Assembly (NCBI GenBank): GCA_045046875.1
Contig: JASFYY010000025.1
Coordinates: forward strand, 1 to 55,014
Direction of reading: 5' to 3'
Origin: Verrucomicrobiota bacterium
GTDB lineage: Bacteria; Verrucomicrobiota; Verrucomicrobiia; Verrucomicrobiales; DEV007
DNA: 55,014 nucleotides
In this document: one piece after another, positions 42,497 through 52,309 of the stretch
How the letters are laid out: each line of letters begins with the position of its first letter
Position numbering within the stretch: the stretch's first letter is position 1
The notes under the pieces: generated by a model
The model's database searches: none
The model's input: only the letters and a program-made list of their open reading frames with translations
What the model was told of the DNA's origin: nothing
Program-made: the position numbers and the translations under genes

Positions 42497-43957
42497 ATGC
42501 CTGACCTCCTTGATCCAGTTTCCTACCCCGATGCTGCTCAACGATACCGCCGTTTCATCCAACAGGTTTTCCCCAGCTCCCTGGCAGAACAAAGCCCGCA
42601 AGCTGCTAATAACGAAGCCGGCCCCGATTCCGAACTCGAAATGCAGGCACGCTGGTTCGCCGGTGAGTTCGGCAGGAACTTCACTTCCACCGATGGCAAA
42701 AAAATCGAGATCATTCAGTTCGGCCACTGGAACCACAGCGCCGGTCCGGATTTCACCGAATCAGCGGTGAGCATCGACGGGCATAAAAAAACCGGATCAA
42801 TAGAGATCGAACTCGAAGCCAGCAGCTGGGAGCGCCACGGTCACGCCACCAATCCGGCCTTCGAAAATGTCGTGCTGCATGTCTTCCTCGCCAACAGTCA
42901 GAACCCGCAACGTTTTTTCACCCGCACCGCTCAGAATCACGAAGTCACTCAAGTGAGCATCGACTGGCTCAATCTCGACGACTGGGGACCACGACCGTGG
43001 AATCACTTGCCTGAAGCTCGGCTCGGCCGCTGCGCCGCTCCGCTGCGCGGCATGGATGACGACAAATTAACTTCCCTGATCACCGCCGCCGCCCAATACC
43101 GTTTGCAGAAAAAAACCCAGCGCTTAGTGACTGCGGCACAAATCCATGGCAGCGACGAAGCGCTGTTCCAAGCTTTGGCCGCCGCGCTCGGTTTCAGCCA
43201 CAACCAATTACCCATGCGGGTTCTAGCCCAACGCCTGCCGCTGAAATCCCTGCTGCCACTGGCCAAACTTGATTGCGAAGCGCGCCTTTTTGGCGCCGCT
43301 GGTTACATCGAACTCGATTCTTTTGAAAACAGCGACGATGAAAAAACCCGCAGCTACCTCAAGGAGCTCTGGCAAAATTGGTGGCAGGTCCGCGATCTTT
43401 TGCAAAGCCCCGCCGAACGCCAACTCAACTGGCACCTCAGCGGCATCCGCCCGCTCAACCACCCCCAACGCCGCCTCGGCGCCTTGGTGGCCGTAGTCAA
43501 CCGTTGGCAAGAGTTCCGCAGCATCCTCACCCACTGCGAACAAGATCCCGTGACCGCCCTCAAAAAGCTCAAGCTTTACTTTTCCTCGCTGCAACACCCC
43601 TACTGGAACCGCCACTACACCCTGCGCAGCAAGCCCAGTGAAAAAAGTATGGCGCTGATCGGACGCGACCGTTTGCAAGACATCCTCGGCAATGTTCTGT
43701 TTCCCTGGTTCATGCGCGAGCAAAACGTCGCCTGGCAGCCCTACACCCACCTGCCCGGTTCCCAAATCAATCAAAAGCTACGCCGCGCTGTTCTACGGCT
43801 TTTTGGCAGCGACGAAGCAGCGCGTGAAAATGCCCGCAGGAACACTCACCATTTTTATCAACAACAAGCCCTGCTGCAGATCTACAGCGACTTTTGCCTC
43901 GAGGATTCCAGCGAATGCCAGGACTGCCCGTTTCCCGAACAACTCAGCCAATGGTGA
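42497..43957 (+). CDS. DUF2851 family protein
   Basis: G.WN..AGPDF, W..HGH..NP, VVLHV, RP.NHPQRR, C-terminal C...C..C. Confidence 0.85.
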   Translation: MPDLLDPVSYPDAAQRYRRFIQQVFPSSLAEQSPQAANNEAGPDSELEMQARWFAGEFGRNFTSTDGKKIEIIQFGHWNHSAGPDFTESAVSIDGHKKTGSIEIELEASSWERHGHATNPAFENVVLHVFLANSQNPQRFFTRTAQNHEVTQVSIDWLNLDDWGPRPWNHLPEARLGRCAAPLRGMDDDKLTSLITAAAQYRLQKKTQRLVTAAQIHGSDEALFQALAAALGFSHNQLPMRVLAQRLPLKSLLPLAKLDCEARLFGAAGYIELDSFENSDDEKTRSYLKELWQNWWQVRDLLQSPAERQLNWHLSGIRPLNHPQRRLGALVAVVNRWQEFRSILTHCEQDPVTALKKLKLYFSSLQHPYWNRHYTLRSKPSEKSMALIGRDRLQDILGNVLFPWFMREQNVAWQPYTHLPGSQINQKLRRAVLRLFGSDEAARENARRNTHHFYQQQALLQIYSDFCLEDSSECQDCPFPEQLSQW

Positions 43958-44907
43958 AGCCCTCCCCCATTCCCATCCCCGCAGATGATGCCCTCGATGC
44001 CTTCTCCGACAAGTTCGGCGCGGTCTTCGTAAAAGAAATGCGCCAGGGTCTGCGTGCGCATCGTTTTGTCGCCCCCTTTCTCACCCTGCACGCGTTGGCG
44101 TTTTTAGCCGTGGTCGGCCAATTGGCTTTCACTTTTTTTGCCGAGCTGGATAACAGCCCGGCTCTCTATGGCCTGCAATCATTTTTCGACGGCATGCTGG
44201 AACGCAGCTTCCTCACCCTGTTATGGTTTTTTGTCGGCATCGTCATGCCCCTGACCGGCATCAACGCGCTGCAAGCCGAACTCAACCACGAGCGCAACAT
44301 CGACCTGCTGCTGATGTCCGGCCTGAGCCGCTGGCAAATCATTCGCGGCAAATGGCTGGTGCTGTGCTCTTTGAGCTTCCTCATCCTGATTTCGATGCTT
44401 CCCTACATGCTCACCCTATACTTCAGCGGGGGAATTGATTTGATTGGCCAGGCAAAAGAAATATTCAAGCTCTGGCTTTTTAATGGCCTCATGTGCGCCG
44501 CCACACTGGCCAGCTCAGCTTACCGCCATCTTGTCATGCGGCTGTTGCTGATCGGACTGATTTTTTTCTCATCGCTGCTCTCTTTTTTACTCACCCTGAT
44601 CCCCACGCATATCGGAGTTATCACTGGCTGGCACTGGCTGGATCGCGGTAGCTCCATGCTTAATCACCTGCTGCTTGTCCTGCTCTATCTGGCCTACAGT
44701 TTGCAACTAGGGCGCAGCTCACTGCGAATCTACGACAAACCCACCGACCCGCCCCATACCGGGCTGCTCATCATTCTGATCATTTTCACTCCTGTAGCGC
44801 TTGCTCTATTCCGGCTCATCGGTGGACCGATCGGCATGACGCTGGCGCTTATCGCAGCAGCCGCCATCACCCTCTCCATTGACCCCATGAGCAAAAAGCG
44901 GGATTAA
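43951..44907 (+). CDS. ABC-transporter permease-like membrane protein
   Basis: VKEMRQGLR, DLLLMSGLSRWQIIRGKW, multiple TM helices. Confidence 0.7.
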   Translation: MVKPSPIPIPADDALDAFSDKFGAVFVKEMRQGLRAHRFVAPFLTLHALAFLAVVGQLAFTFFAELDNSPALYGLQSFFDGMLERSFLTLLWFFVGIVMPLTGINALQAELNHERNIDLLLMSGLSRWQIIRGKWLVLCSLSFLILISMLPYMLTLYFSGGIDLIGQAKEIFKLWLFNGLMCAATLASSAYRHLVMRLLLIGLIFFSSLLSFLLTLIPTHIGVITGWHWLDRGSSMLNHLLLVLLYLAYSLQLGRSSLRIYDKPTDPPHTGLLIILIIFTPVALALFRLIGGPIGMTLALIAAAAITLSIDPMSKKRD

Positions 44908-44980
44908 ATATACCTGGAGAGGCTAAACATGCCGAGAATACGGGATGCCCTTTTTCAGAAGATCGTTATACTATGAATCG

Positions 44981-46570
44981 ATGCGGTTTGCCAAAACAGT
45001 TTCATCCTTGCCGTCCCTGTTAGCGCTGACAGGGATCGTCTTTGGTTGCACCTTTTTCTGCACAGGTGCCAAAGCACAACACCAAGTCAGCGCGTGGCGG
45101 CTCTTCGATACCAATACCCACGATTTGGTCGAATCGATTGAAAAAGACCAACGGGAACTCGATCAATTGATCGCCCCCACCCAGATCCCCATCACGGGAA
45201 GCATCCGCGGTTATCAAACCCAGGCTTCCGACCAGGCCAAAGCCAGCCCCCCGCTGCGCATTCAATTTGATTTCCCCGAAGCCGTCACCATCGATGGCCT
45301 TGCCCTTTATCCCGCCATCCGCCCCAGCCTCAGCGGCCCCCGCTCCTTTGGCATGCCCCGTCAGTTCCGTATTGCATTCAATCAACAAAGCGATCGCATC
45401 CGCACCACCTTCAGCCTGTCACCGACCAGCCCACCTGGCACCACCGATCCCTCCAACCCGCCCGCCTACGTCGTCCATAACAATAGTGCCCCCTCCTCCC
45501 CGTTGCCGGTATGGATCAAATTCGCTCCGCGCACCGTTCAATCCCTCACCCTGCTGATCCCCCAATTGGGATTGATCAGCCAGGACTCGCAGAGCGGAGC
45601 TTCCCAATACGCCTGCCTGTTCACCGAAATCGAAATCTACCAGGGAGAAAATAACGTCGCTGCCCAGGCCAAGCTCTCCTCCCCCGATTCGCTCGAAAAC
45701 TCCGACTGGGGACTGCGTTTTTTAACCGACGGCCACACCCCGCTGGAACAAACCCATTCACCCAACACCAAAACTTTCTCCAAACGGCGCTGGGCGACCG
45801 ACTTATCCCAACGCAGAATACTCGTTTCCCGCATCGCCCAACAAAAACAAAAACTTAATCAACGCATTCAACAACAGAATAATTTGCTTAACATCACCGC
45901 CGCCACCCTGATCCTGCTGCTACTGGTCGCCGTGATCTCCAACTGGATGCTCTCCCGCCGCCGCCAATTGCGGGCAGTGATGAGCGACCGCGAGCGCATC
46001 GCCAATGATCTGCATGATGAAGTCGGCGGAGCCCTCGGCAGCATCTCCCTGCTAACCCAGAAGCTCATTAATAACAGCGATGATGCCACGCAAAAAAAAC
46101 TACTCGGCAAAGTTCACGCCGCCGCCGCCGAAGCCCAGGCCGGAGTGCGCGAAGCCGTTTGGGCATCCAGCCCTTCCTCCGTCGATAACAAAACCTTCGA
46201 GAACCACCTTCGCGCCATCACTGACCGCATGCTTCCCGATTGCGAGATCCATTGGCAGAGCAACGGCAGCGCCACCACCCCCACCTTTGCCGCACGCAAG
46301 CAGCACCACTTCGGCATGTTTTTTCGCGAAGCGATCCACAACATTCAAAAACACGCCAACGCCAGCGAAGTCAGCCTGCACTTCCGCTGGAACCCGCGCA
46401 ATATGATCTTCACCCTCAGCGACAACGGGGACGGCATGGACAACCTACCTGCCTCCAGTGAAAACTTCCGCACCCTGCGTTACCGCGCCGAGCAACTACC
46501 CGCCAAACTGGAAATCGAAGCGCATCCAGATGGTGGCACCCGCTTCACCCTCACCACTCCCCTGACATGA
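44981..46570 (+). CDS. Sensor histidine kinase (HisKA_3 type)
   Basis: Signal, extracytoplasmic domain, TM, ERIANDLHDEVG, EAIHNIQKHA, DNGDG. Confidence 0.9.
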   Translation: MRFAKTVSSLPSLLALTGIVFGCTFFCTGAKAQHQVSAWRLFDTNTHDLVESIEKDQRELDQLIAPTQIPITGSIRGYQTQASDQAKASPPLRIQFDFPEAVTIDGLALYPAIRPSLSGPRSFGMPRQFRIAFNQQSDRIRTTFSLSPTSPPGTTDPSNPPAYVVHNNSAPSSPLPVWIKFAPRTVQSLTLLIPQLGLISQDSQSGASQYACLFTEIEIYQGENNVAAQAKLSSPDSLENSDWGLRFLTDGHTPLEQTHSPNTKTFSKRRWATDLSQRRILVSRIAQQKQKLNQRIQQQNNLLNITAATLILLLLVAVISNWMLSRRRQLRAVMSDRERIANDLHDEVGGALGSISLLTQKLINNSDDATQKKLLGKVHAAAAEAQAGVREAVWASSPSSVDNKTFENHLRAITDRMLPDCEIHWQSNGSATTPTFAARKQHHFGMFFREAIHNIQKHANASEVSLHFRWNPRNMIFTLSDNGDGMDNLPASSENFRTLRYRAEQLPAKLEIEAHPDGGTRFTLTTPLT

Positions 46571-47232
46571 ATACCGCACCAACCACCACCAGCCCTCCCA
46601 GTTCGAAAAACATCGACGTTTGGTTGATCGAAGACAACCGTCATTTTAGCGAAGCCATCGAATGCATCCTCGACACTGAAGACGGCATCCAACTGAAAGA
46701 AAGTTTCCGCAGTGCCGAAGCTGCGCTCAAAGCACTACCCAAAAAGACGCCACCGCAGGTCATCATTCTCGATCTCGGCCTGCCCGGCATGGGCGGCATC
46801 GAAGCCCTGCCCGAAATCATAAAACACGCACCCAAAAGCCAGGTGCTGGTGCTAACCACCGATGACGGACGCAGTAAGGTTCTGGCCGCCATAGCCAACG
46901 GCGCTTCCGGTTATTTACTCAAAAGTGACGACCTCGACGCCATCGTCTCCGGCATCCGCGATATCGTCGACGGCCGCGCCGCGATCAATTCACGTGTCTC
47001 ACGCATGATCCTCGACATCTTCCGCAAGATCCCCAAACCCCCGCCCGAAGCCAACCTGACCAGCCGCGAATCCGAGATCCTCTGCATGCTCGCCGATGGC
47101 AAAATCAAAAAAGAAGTCGCCGATCTGCTCGGCATCAGCTATTACACCGTCGATACCCACGTCAAACGCATCTACAAAAAGCTCCAGGTCAACAATCTGT
47201 CAGGAGCCATCGCCAGAATGAGCCAGCAGTGA
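46567..47232 (+). CDS. NarL/LuxR family response regulator
   Basis: IED, LDLGLPGMGG, GYLLK, LTSRE...HTH; ATGA overlap with kinase. Confidence 0.93.
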   Translation: MNTAPTTTSPPSSKNIDVWLIEDNRHFSEAIECILDTEDGIQLKESFRSAEAALKALPKKTPPQVIILDLGLPGMGGIEALPEIIKHAPKSQVLVLTTDDGRSKVLAAIANGASGYLLKSDDLDAIVSGIRDIVDGRAAINSRVSRMILDIFRKIPKPPPEANLTSRESEILCMLADGKIKKEVADLLGISYYTVDTHVKRIYKKLQVNNLSGAIARMSQQ

Positions 47233-47627
47233 CTTAGAATCACAGCCCCACCAACAATTCGCAGTTTGGGGTTCTGCTTTGGAGTAAACACCTTCACGCT
47301 CAACAACGGATCATCCGGCAGATCAAACGAGACAAGATCATCTGAGAACGTCTTCCACTTCCCGGACGCATCACGTAAGAGCAACGCCCTTTCCTCTTTT
47401 GTCAGCTTTCTGCCGAGCTGCTTCTCCAAATGTTCGACTCCTACAGCTCCATAGACCGATTCAGTCTCCGGCAGTAGCCCCGACTGATCTCCAGCTAGCT
47501 CCCACTTATTAGTCTCAAGTCCACTTTTTGGCGTTTCAGCTATCGCTCCCGTTATTAAGTGTAGCGCGGCAGCGACGCTCACCGCCGAAGTCATCGTCTT
47601 GCACCAGGTATGGTTTTTTGCTCTCAT
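47172..47627 (-). CDS. Hypothetical exported protein, probably 3'-truncated terminal cassette
   Basis: Signal-like N-terminus; last ~20 codons are antisense to the response regulator. Confidence 0.5.
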   Translation of the reverse strand: MRAKNHTWCKTMTSAVSVAAALHLITGAIAETPKSGLETNKWELAGDQSGLLPETESVYGAVGVEHLEKQLGRKLTKEERALLLRDASGKWKTFSDDLVSFDLPDDPLLSVKVFTPKQNPKLRIVGGAVILSHCWLILAMAPDRLLTWSFL

Positions 47628-47729
47628 TTGTTAAATTCTTTTTGTCTGTCCGGGCTTCGATTCGAGTAAGGTGCGGAACAAATCCAACTCTGCCTCATTA
47701 AGTTGCATTGAATTCCTACTATTGGCCGG

Positions 47730-48275
47730 TTAGCGAATCAACAACATGGGGGCGGCATACTTTTCAGTTCTTATGCTGTGAATCTCGCCGGTTTTGCAAA
47801 ACCGATAAAATACAGCCATCTTACCGGTATCCGTATTGCTCAATTTTCTGAATGTTCGAAGTTTTCGCCAACCCTTTCGCTTAAGATCTTTTTCTCCTAT
47901 AACTTCGTCCTTCCAATCGCCGCTACTGTTTCCTCCTCCATTCCAACGAGTACTAGTCGCCATAAAAACCAGGCCGTCTGTTTGTACTTCGAAGGATAAA
48001 ACCCCGCTATGATGAGGCAGAACAAGAAATCGCACACCGTTTAAAGATTTAGGAACCACTTCCCAGACATAACGATCCGTTGTTCCGTAGCAGCTCACTC
48101 CGGGTTCCAATACTGCCCACTTCAGCTGCTTCGCATTCTCAAATGTCGCCAATTTTGATTTTTGGGCGTCCGTAGTCAGTATCTGTACAGCTTCGCGAGA
48201 GTTTTGAGACCAAGCCTGATGGCTCGTTACCAAAGTGATTAATAAAACATGAAACAGAAATTTATATTTCATCAT
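47730..48275 (-). CDS. Hypothetical exported protein (cassette)
   Basis: MMKYKFLF... signal peptide ending AWS. Confidence 0.7.
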   Translation of the reverse strand: MMKYKFLFHVLLITLVTSHQAWSQNSREAVQILTTDAQKSKLATFENAKQLKWAVLEPGVSCYGTTDRYVWEVVPKSLNGVRFLVLPHHSGVLSFEVQTDGLVFMATSTRWNGGGNSSGDWKDEVIGEKDLKRKGWRKLRTFRKLSNTDTGKMAVFYRFCKTGEIHSIRTEKYAAPMLLIR

Positions 48276-48312
48276 AAAAAAGGTGGTTTGCCCGATCACA
48301 AGACGCAATTGA

Positions 48313-48392
48313 TCGAAACGTTAGCTTACGATTTTTTAATTGGATTTCAACCTCGCAGCAACGGGAAGTTGGCCAACTCCATTTTGTTAAAT
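48313..48392 (-). other. Degenerate/shortened attC-like site
   Basis: Minus strand ATTTAACAAAATG...GCTAACGTTTCG; stop codon overlaps R''; poor internal pairing. Confidence 0.4.
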
Positions 48393-48758
48393 GCTTCGTT
48401 CGGCATTGCTTGCGCTAACTATATAATCCAGAAAAGACCTTAAATGCTCGCCATACGGAGGTGCTAACAAATCACGATGCTCGTCTCGTTTTTCTGATGG
48501 CACAACAAACTCAATCAGCTCCCAATGACCACCGCTGGCTTTAAATCCGAAACGCCACCACTCTCCAAGTTTCGAATTCATTTGAAGAGTGAAATACGAC
48601 GCATTTGAGTCGGCTTTGAATTGGTACGAAATATCTGCTAAAATTTCCTCGACGCTTTCTTCTACAGGCTCGTTCGGAGGCATAGGGAATCGATTGCTCC
48701 TAATAGTGGCCCAGTAGTTTCTTACCAACAGATCGCTGAAGTTATCGATAGAGAGCAT
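48387..48758 (-). CDS. Hypothetical protein (cassette)
   Basis: 123-aa ORF between attC-like remnants. Confidence 0.65.
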   Translation of the reverse strand: MLSIDNFSDLLVRNYWATIRSNRFPMPPNEPVEESVEEILADISYQFKADSNASYFTLQMNSKLGEWWRFGFKASGGHWELIEFVVPSEKRDEHRDLLAPPYGEHLRSFLDYIVSASNAERSI

Positions 48759-48777
48759 GGCTATTGTTGCGTTTTTG

Positions 48778-48850
48778 TATCAACGACTAATCGCCCCTAG
48801 CACTGGGCGGGAGCGCGGTTTGACTAAGAGCTTGAGTGGTTAAAGTTGGT
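48778..48850 (-). other. Truncated attC (R'/L' half), same family as 53013-53138
   Basis: AACG...AGCACTGGGCGGG...TTTGAC...TGGTTAA resembles 53017-53077. Confidence 0.55.
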
Positions 48851-48854
48851 CGGC

Positions 48855-49343
48855 TTATTGAAATTTCCTGCCGCCGAGAAGAGTCACGACGGCTTTGAGG
48901 TAGCGCTCATATTGACGTTTCGAGGGAGAATTGTTACTTCCGTGCGAGTAGATCGACGCATCACTATATTTGATTCTCAGGTGCCATTGCGTTCCATCAT
49001 GCACTCCATGATCAGTATATTCCTCCTTCCAATTCCACACAGATGCGGCATCCAGTGCCTTGCGAAACTCACGCCACTGCTCGCCCGTAACCTTTATTTG
49101 ACTCTTTTCAGTTCCCGGCCCTGAAGTGAAGGTCTGTGAATTATGTAAATAAACAAGTGTTCCCTCAGACTGAAGCTCCACCCGATAAGATTCACCAAGG
49201 AATCCACCTATCGAGGCTTCAAAGGAATCCGGGTGGATGACCGTATTCTTTAGTCGTCTGTTTAAATCCGCAGCCTTGATATCGCCAGTCTCCTTGCTGG
49301 CGCAGCTGCTCATGAGCGCCAATAGAACGCAAATGTATTTCAT
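48855..49343 (-). CDS. Hypothetical lipoprotein (cassette)
   Basis: Lipobox-like LMSSC; DGTQW motif. Confidence 0.75.
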   Translation of the reverse strand: MKYICVLLALMSSCASKETGDIKAADLNRRLKNTVIHPDSFEASIGGFLGESYRVELQSEGTLVYLHNSQTFTSGPGTEKSQIKVTGEQWREFRKALDAASVWNWKEEYTDHGVHDGTQWHLRIKYSDASIYSHGSNNSPSKRQYERYLKAVVTLLGGRKFQ

Positions 49344-49346
49344 AGT

Positions 49347-49400
49347 ATGAAACGATCGGGCACAGGCATCCCTATGGGATGCCTGTGCTTTTCTTTTTCT
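49347..49400. terminator. Perfect 13-bp hairpin with + strand T-run, apparently derived from an attC arm
   Basis: AAC-GATCGG-GCACAGGCATCCC-TAT-GGGATGCCTGTGC-TTTTCTTTTT; arm resembles 54413-54433. Confidence 0.55.
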
Positions 49401-49408
49401 TTTTTCTT

Positions 49409-49440
49409 ATCCGCGTTCATCCGTGTAATCCGCGGTTAAA
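49409..49440. repeat. ATCCGYG variant of the short tandem repeat family
   Basis: ATCCGCGTTCATCCGTGTAATCCGCGGTTAAA. Confidence 0.7.
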
Positions 49441-49500
49441 CTCTTTTAAAATTACCTGTACCGAAACTCAGGGAATATAGACACATCCAATAGTTACAAA

Positions 49501-49576
49501 TAGTTGATGGTTAAAATCAGAGTGAAGCATAACTACAGGGTGGCTCAAGGTTTCGGTGATGACTCTCCGGCGAGTT
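49501..49576 (-). other. Truncated attC (R''/L'' half), same family as 53013-53138
   Basis: AGTTGATGGTTAAAATCAGAGTGAAGCATAACTACAGGGTGGCTCAAGG closely matches 53066-53114. Confidence 0.65.
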
Positions 49577-50189
49577 TGGTGATCCTACGAAGTTCGAGAT
49601 TTAGCCCTTTAGCTCGAGGGTTATGCTCTAATCCGAATTGAGCATATCTTACAGCTTCTGTAATGTTACCTTGTGATTCATATATCCAAGCTGCAATCAT
49701 TGCCGCTCTAGCTATAACAAGGTAATCGTCTGCGACTATCACCGAAGTTCTCTCTGATAGTTGCGCTAAATCAAGTTCCTCTAAGAAAACAGAGAGCTTG
49801 GAATAATGCTGGAAATGCGATTCTCCAATATTAAAATAACATTGTATCAAGTTGGCTGCGCTTTTTTCCGGATTAGTTAAAAACCCCTGATATTTCCACC
49901 AATAATCACTTTTCCCACGAGGCGTTAGTCGTTTTCTGAATAAACATTCATACTCTTTTATTTTTTTGGGATTAGGAAATTCTGTATCTCCTTGGAGCTT
50001 GAGATTTACAGGTTGGATGGCAAGATTTACTGCAAATGAACCGCCGTATTTATTTCCTTGAATATTTATAATTTGAATCGTATCCCCTAGAATCCGATAG
50101 AAATTTTGACCAGAGCCTTTGAATCCTACTTCGCGTAATTTAGGAGAAAACTCTGTTTTCAGCTCGTGAAAAAATCTCTCTTTGGACAT
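49545..50189 (-). CDS. DUF4304-like protein (cassette)
   Basis: PKLREVGFKGSG.NF...INIQ...F.VNLAI...R.RL...D.WW pattern. Confidence 0.7.
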   Translation of the reverse strand: MSKERFFHELKTEFSPKLREVGFKGSGQNFYRILGDTIQIINIQGNKYGGSFAVNLAIQPVNLKLQGDTEFPNPKKIKEYECLFRKRLTPRGKSDYWWKYQGFLTNPEKSAANLIQCYFNIGESHFQHYSKLSVFLEELDLAQLSERTSVIVADDYLVIARAAMIAAWIYESQGNITEAVRYAQFGLEHNPRAKGLNLELRRITKLAGESSPKP

Positions 50190-50202
50190 AGTCAATAATT
50201 CT

Positions 50203-50340
50203 TCATGCCGTGGAGGCTACGCTCACCCTCTGCGGGGCGAGTGCGGCTTGGCTGACAAGGTATCAAATTTAATATGGAATGACAACTGAAAACGGGCATG
50301 GGATAGGCTGAGTGGTTGAGGGTGCCGAGGACTGTTAATC
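50203..50340 (-). other. Degenerate attC, same family as 53640-53764
   Basis: Shares CTCTGCGGG...GTATCAAA...TGACAACTGAAAACGGGCA; R' GTT lost. Confidence 0.65.
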
Positions 50341-50671
50341 AAGCATCGGAATTCTTCAGTGACTTGATTGAAGTGGACGCGCCACATTCGTTGCATTTGA
50401 AAATCCTGAAACTTTGGCAATCAGAATCAACGCGCGCCTCAAAACGCATTCGAGAACCTTTGCAGACATGACAACTGGGTTTAGCAAAATAAGCTCGATA
50501 AATTCCCCAAAAAAAGACAGTGAGAATAATTCCGCCCAAAACCAGGTTGCCATTTTTTGATTCGATATCAATATCCGAAACGAAGTAGGCAACAAATAGC
50601 GAAAGAGCAATAAAATATCCTATATTGGTGATCAGATTAAACGTCTTACTCGCGCAATTTTTAGGATTCAT
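50339..50671 (-). CDS. Two-TM protein with C-terminal zinc ribbon (second gene of a two-gene cassette)
   Basis: Two hydrophobic segments, CHVC...CNEC; 6 bp after the upstream ORF with no attC between. Confidence 0.65.
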   Translation of the reverse strand: MNPKNCASKTFNLITNIGYFIALSLFVAYFVSDIDIESKNGNLVLGGIILTVFFWGIYRAYFAKPSCHVCKGSRMRFEARVDSDCQSFRIFKCNECGASTSIKSLKNSDA

Positions 50672-50677
50672 TTGACC

Positions 50678-51322
50678 TTAACTCTTGTTTGTATCTTTGA
50701 ATTTCAGTGTCCCGTCTTCGATGGCCTGAATCACCTTCTTCACATGCTCGTTGTCAGGATAGGATTTTAAATACTCCTTCAGCTCTTTAATTCCTTCCTC
50801 CATTTTGCCTTGCCTGCACAGTGTAAGGCCAATCGAATACTGTGCATCTTTCTCGCCAAGCTCATAGGACTTCTCCAGGTATTTGAGGGCTTCCTTCTGA
50901 TACTTACTGGTGGAAACGAGAAACATGCCAAAGAGGTAGTTGGCTCGTTTGGACGATGGATCTTCCGCTAGAGCTTGCTCAAAAAGTAGCTTGCCTGATT
51001 CTGCCGTTGGCAAGTCAATGTTGTGACCCATTGCCATTAATTGGCCAAGGTCTGTGAGTAAATCGACATCTTTAATGTTCTTGGTATCGAATTTTTTAAT
51101 CTCCCCAGTCACCAGTATGGTTGATAACGTTATGCGCTTTTGCTGATCTTCGTCGATGAATCGCGGCGGATACTCTCGAATATGCGGTTCCGACCACTCA
51201 ATGAATTCTTTAACTTTGGATTTGTCGATAGTATTTCCGTCTCCGGACAGTATCGAGGACACTTGATCAGCAGCCTGAGCTAAGGAAGCGGAAGCGAGTA
51301 TAACAAGAAAGAGTGCTTTCAT
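50678..51322 (-). CDS. Exported TPR-like protein (cassette)
   Basis: Signal peptide ending AQA; TPR-like helices ANYLFG...ALKYLEKSYELG...AQYSIG. Confidence 0.75.
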   Translation of the reverse strand: MKALFLVILASASLAQAADQVSSILSGDGNTIDKSKVKEFIEWSEPHIREYPPRFIDEDQQKRITLSTILVTGEIKKFDTKNIKDVDLLTDLGQLMAMGHNIDLPTAESGKLLFEQALAEDPSSKRANYLFGMFLVSTSKYQKEALKYLEKSYELGEKDAQYSIGLTLCRQGKMEEGIKELKEYLKSYPDNEHVKKVIQAIEDGTLKFKDTNKS

Positions 51323-51332
51323 TTGGGTTTTT

Positions 51333-51460
51333 GGCTAACGTTTCTAGACAGGTGATTTTTGCAACGGAACCCTGTCGCTTTTGAATAAACTGTGCCGTAA
51401 TCTAGGCCAGAAGGCAAGAGAGCTAATGATGAAGAAATTACCCGCTCTGATTTGTTAAGT
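51333..51460 (-). other. attC site (128 bp)
   Basis: ACTTAAC-AAATC-AGA[G]CGGGTAATTT ... AAATCACCTGTCT-AGAAAC-GTTAGCC. Confidence 0.8.
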
Positions 51461-51471
51461 GTTCTTTAATT

Positions 51472-51840
51472 TTAATTGTCACCATGCGCTGAGTCAGGGA
51501 GCTTTTTCCTTTGTTTTAGAATATAGATGATCAGAAAGCCATATAGGGCGACAATGCAAATTACAGTTAATGGTGCGTTGAATGGGGCGCCGATTGATCC
51601 GAAAGGGCCAAAGCATATGGATGATCCTACCTCTGTGTCGGGGCCTGCGGATAAATTGCTCCATTCCTGAATACCCCAAACTGATCCTCTAAAAGGACCG
51701 AGCCACCTATACTCACTAGGCACATGCATAGCCCAATCACGTGTAAGAACGATGGCAGCATTCGCTGCACAACTCAGGAAACCCATCACAATAATAACTA
51801 ATATAGTGGCTAGCAAACCATTCTGCCGTTTTATTATCAT
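51472..51840 (-). CDS. Hypothetical membrane protein (cassette)
   Basis: N- and C-terminal hydrophobic segments; flanked by attC sites. Confidence 0.65.
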   Translation of the reverse strand: MIIKRQNGLLATILVIIVMGFLSCAANAAIVLTRDWAMHVPSEYRWLGPFRGSVWGIQEWSNLSAGPDTEVGSSICFGPFGSIGAPFNAPLTVICIVALYGFLIIYILKQRKKLPDSAHGDN

Positions 51841-51847
51841 TTTCTTC

Positions 51848-51975
51848 GCACAACGTCGAGCACACCCATCACTGAGTAGGAAGCAAGTGTGAACGAAGGG
51901 GGTGGTGTTTGAGAAGTCATGTTGGTTTTTAACATGGAAGCGGATCGGTGCTTGGTGTGCCGCGTTTTGTTATAG
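51848..51975 (-). other. attC site (128 bp)
   Basis: CTATAAC-AAAAC-GCGGCACACC ... GGGTGTGC-TCGAC-GTTGTGC. Confidence 0.82.
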
Positions 51976-51977
51976 GT

Positions 51978-52295
51978 TTATTCGTCGTAAAACTCTTCGA
52001 TTAACTGGATTGCCATATCATGAAAGCCTACTTCAGAGTCATGATACTGAAATGTATCTCCGTCATCGGAAACAAAGCACACCGCCATAATGTGCTCTTT
52101 CCCGTCTTCGTCAATGGCAGCACCTGACGAATCTAATAACCCTCCTAAGAGCGTTACAATCTCCTCGCAGACCTCTTCTCTGTCGGCGCGATCTTTGACT
52201 TTGCCTTTCAGAGCATTGTCCACGATTTTTATAATTTCAAGGGTTCCGTTTTTTACTCCATCATAATAATCAGGAGAGTTTTCGATTAGTTTCAT
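51978..52295 (-). CDS. Small acidic hypothetical protein (cassette)
   Basis: 105 aa, D/E-rich, fills the space between two attC sites. Confidence 0.75.
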   Translation of the reverse strand: MKLIENSPDYYDGVKNGTLEIIKIVDNALKGKVKDRADREEVCEEIVTLLGGLLDSSGAAIDEDGKEHIMAVCFVSDDGDTFQYHDSEVGFHDMAIQLIEEFYDE

Positions 52296-52309
52296 AGTGA
52301 TTTATTTTC

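Noticed and set aside
47628..47729. attC between the last two cassette ORFs
   Set aside because: AAC/GTT triplets are present but no convincing paired arms were found
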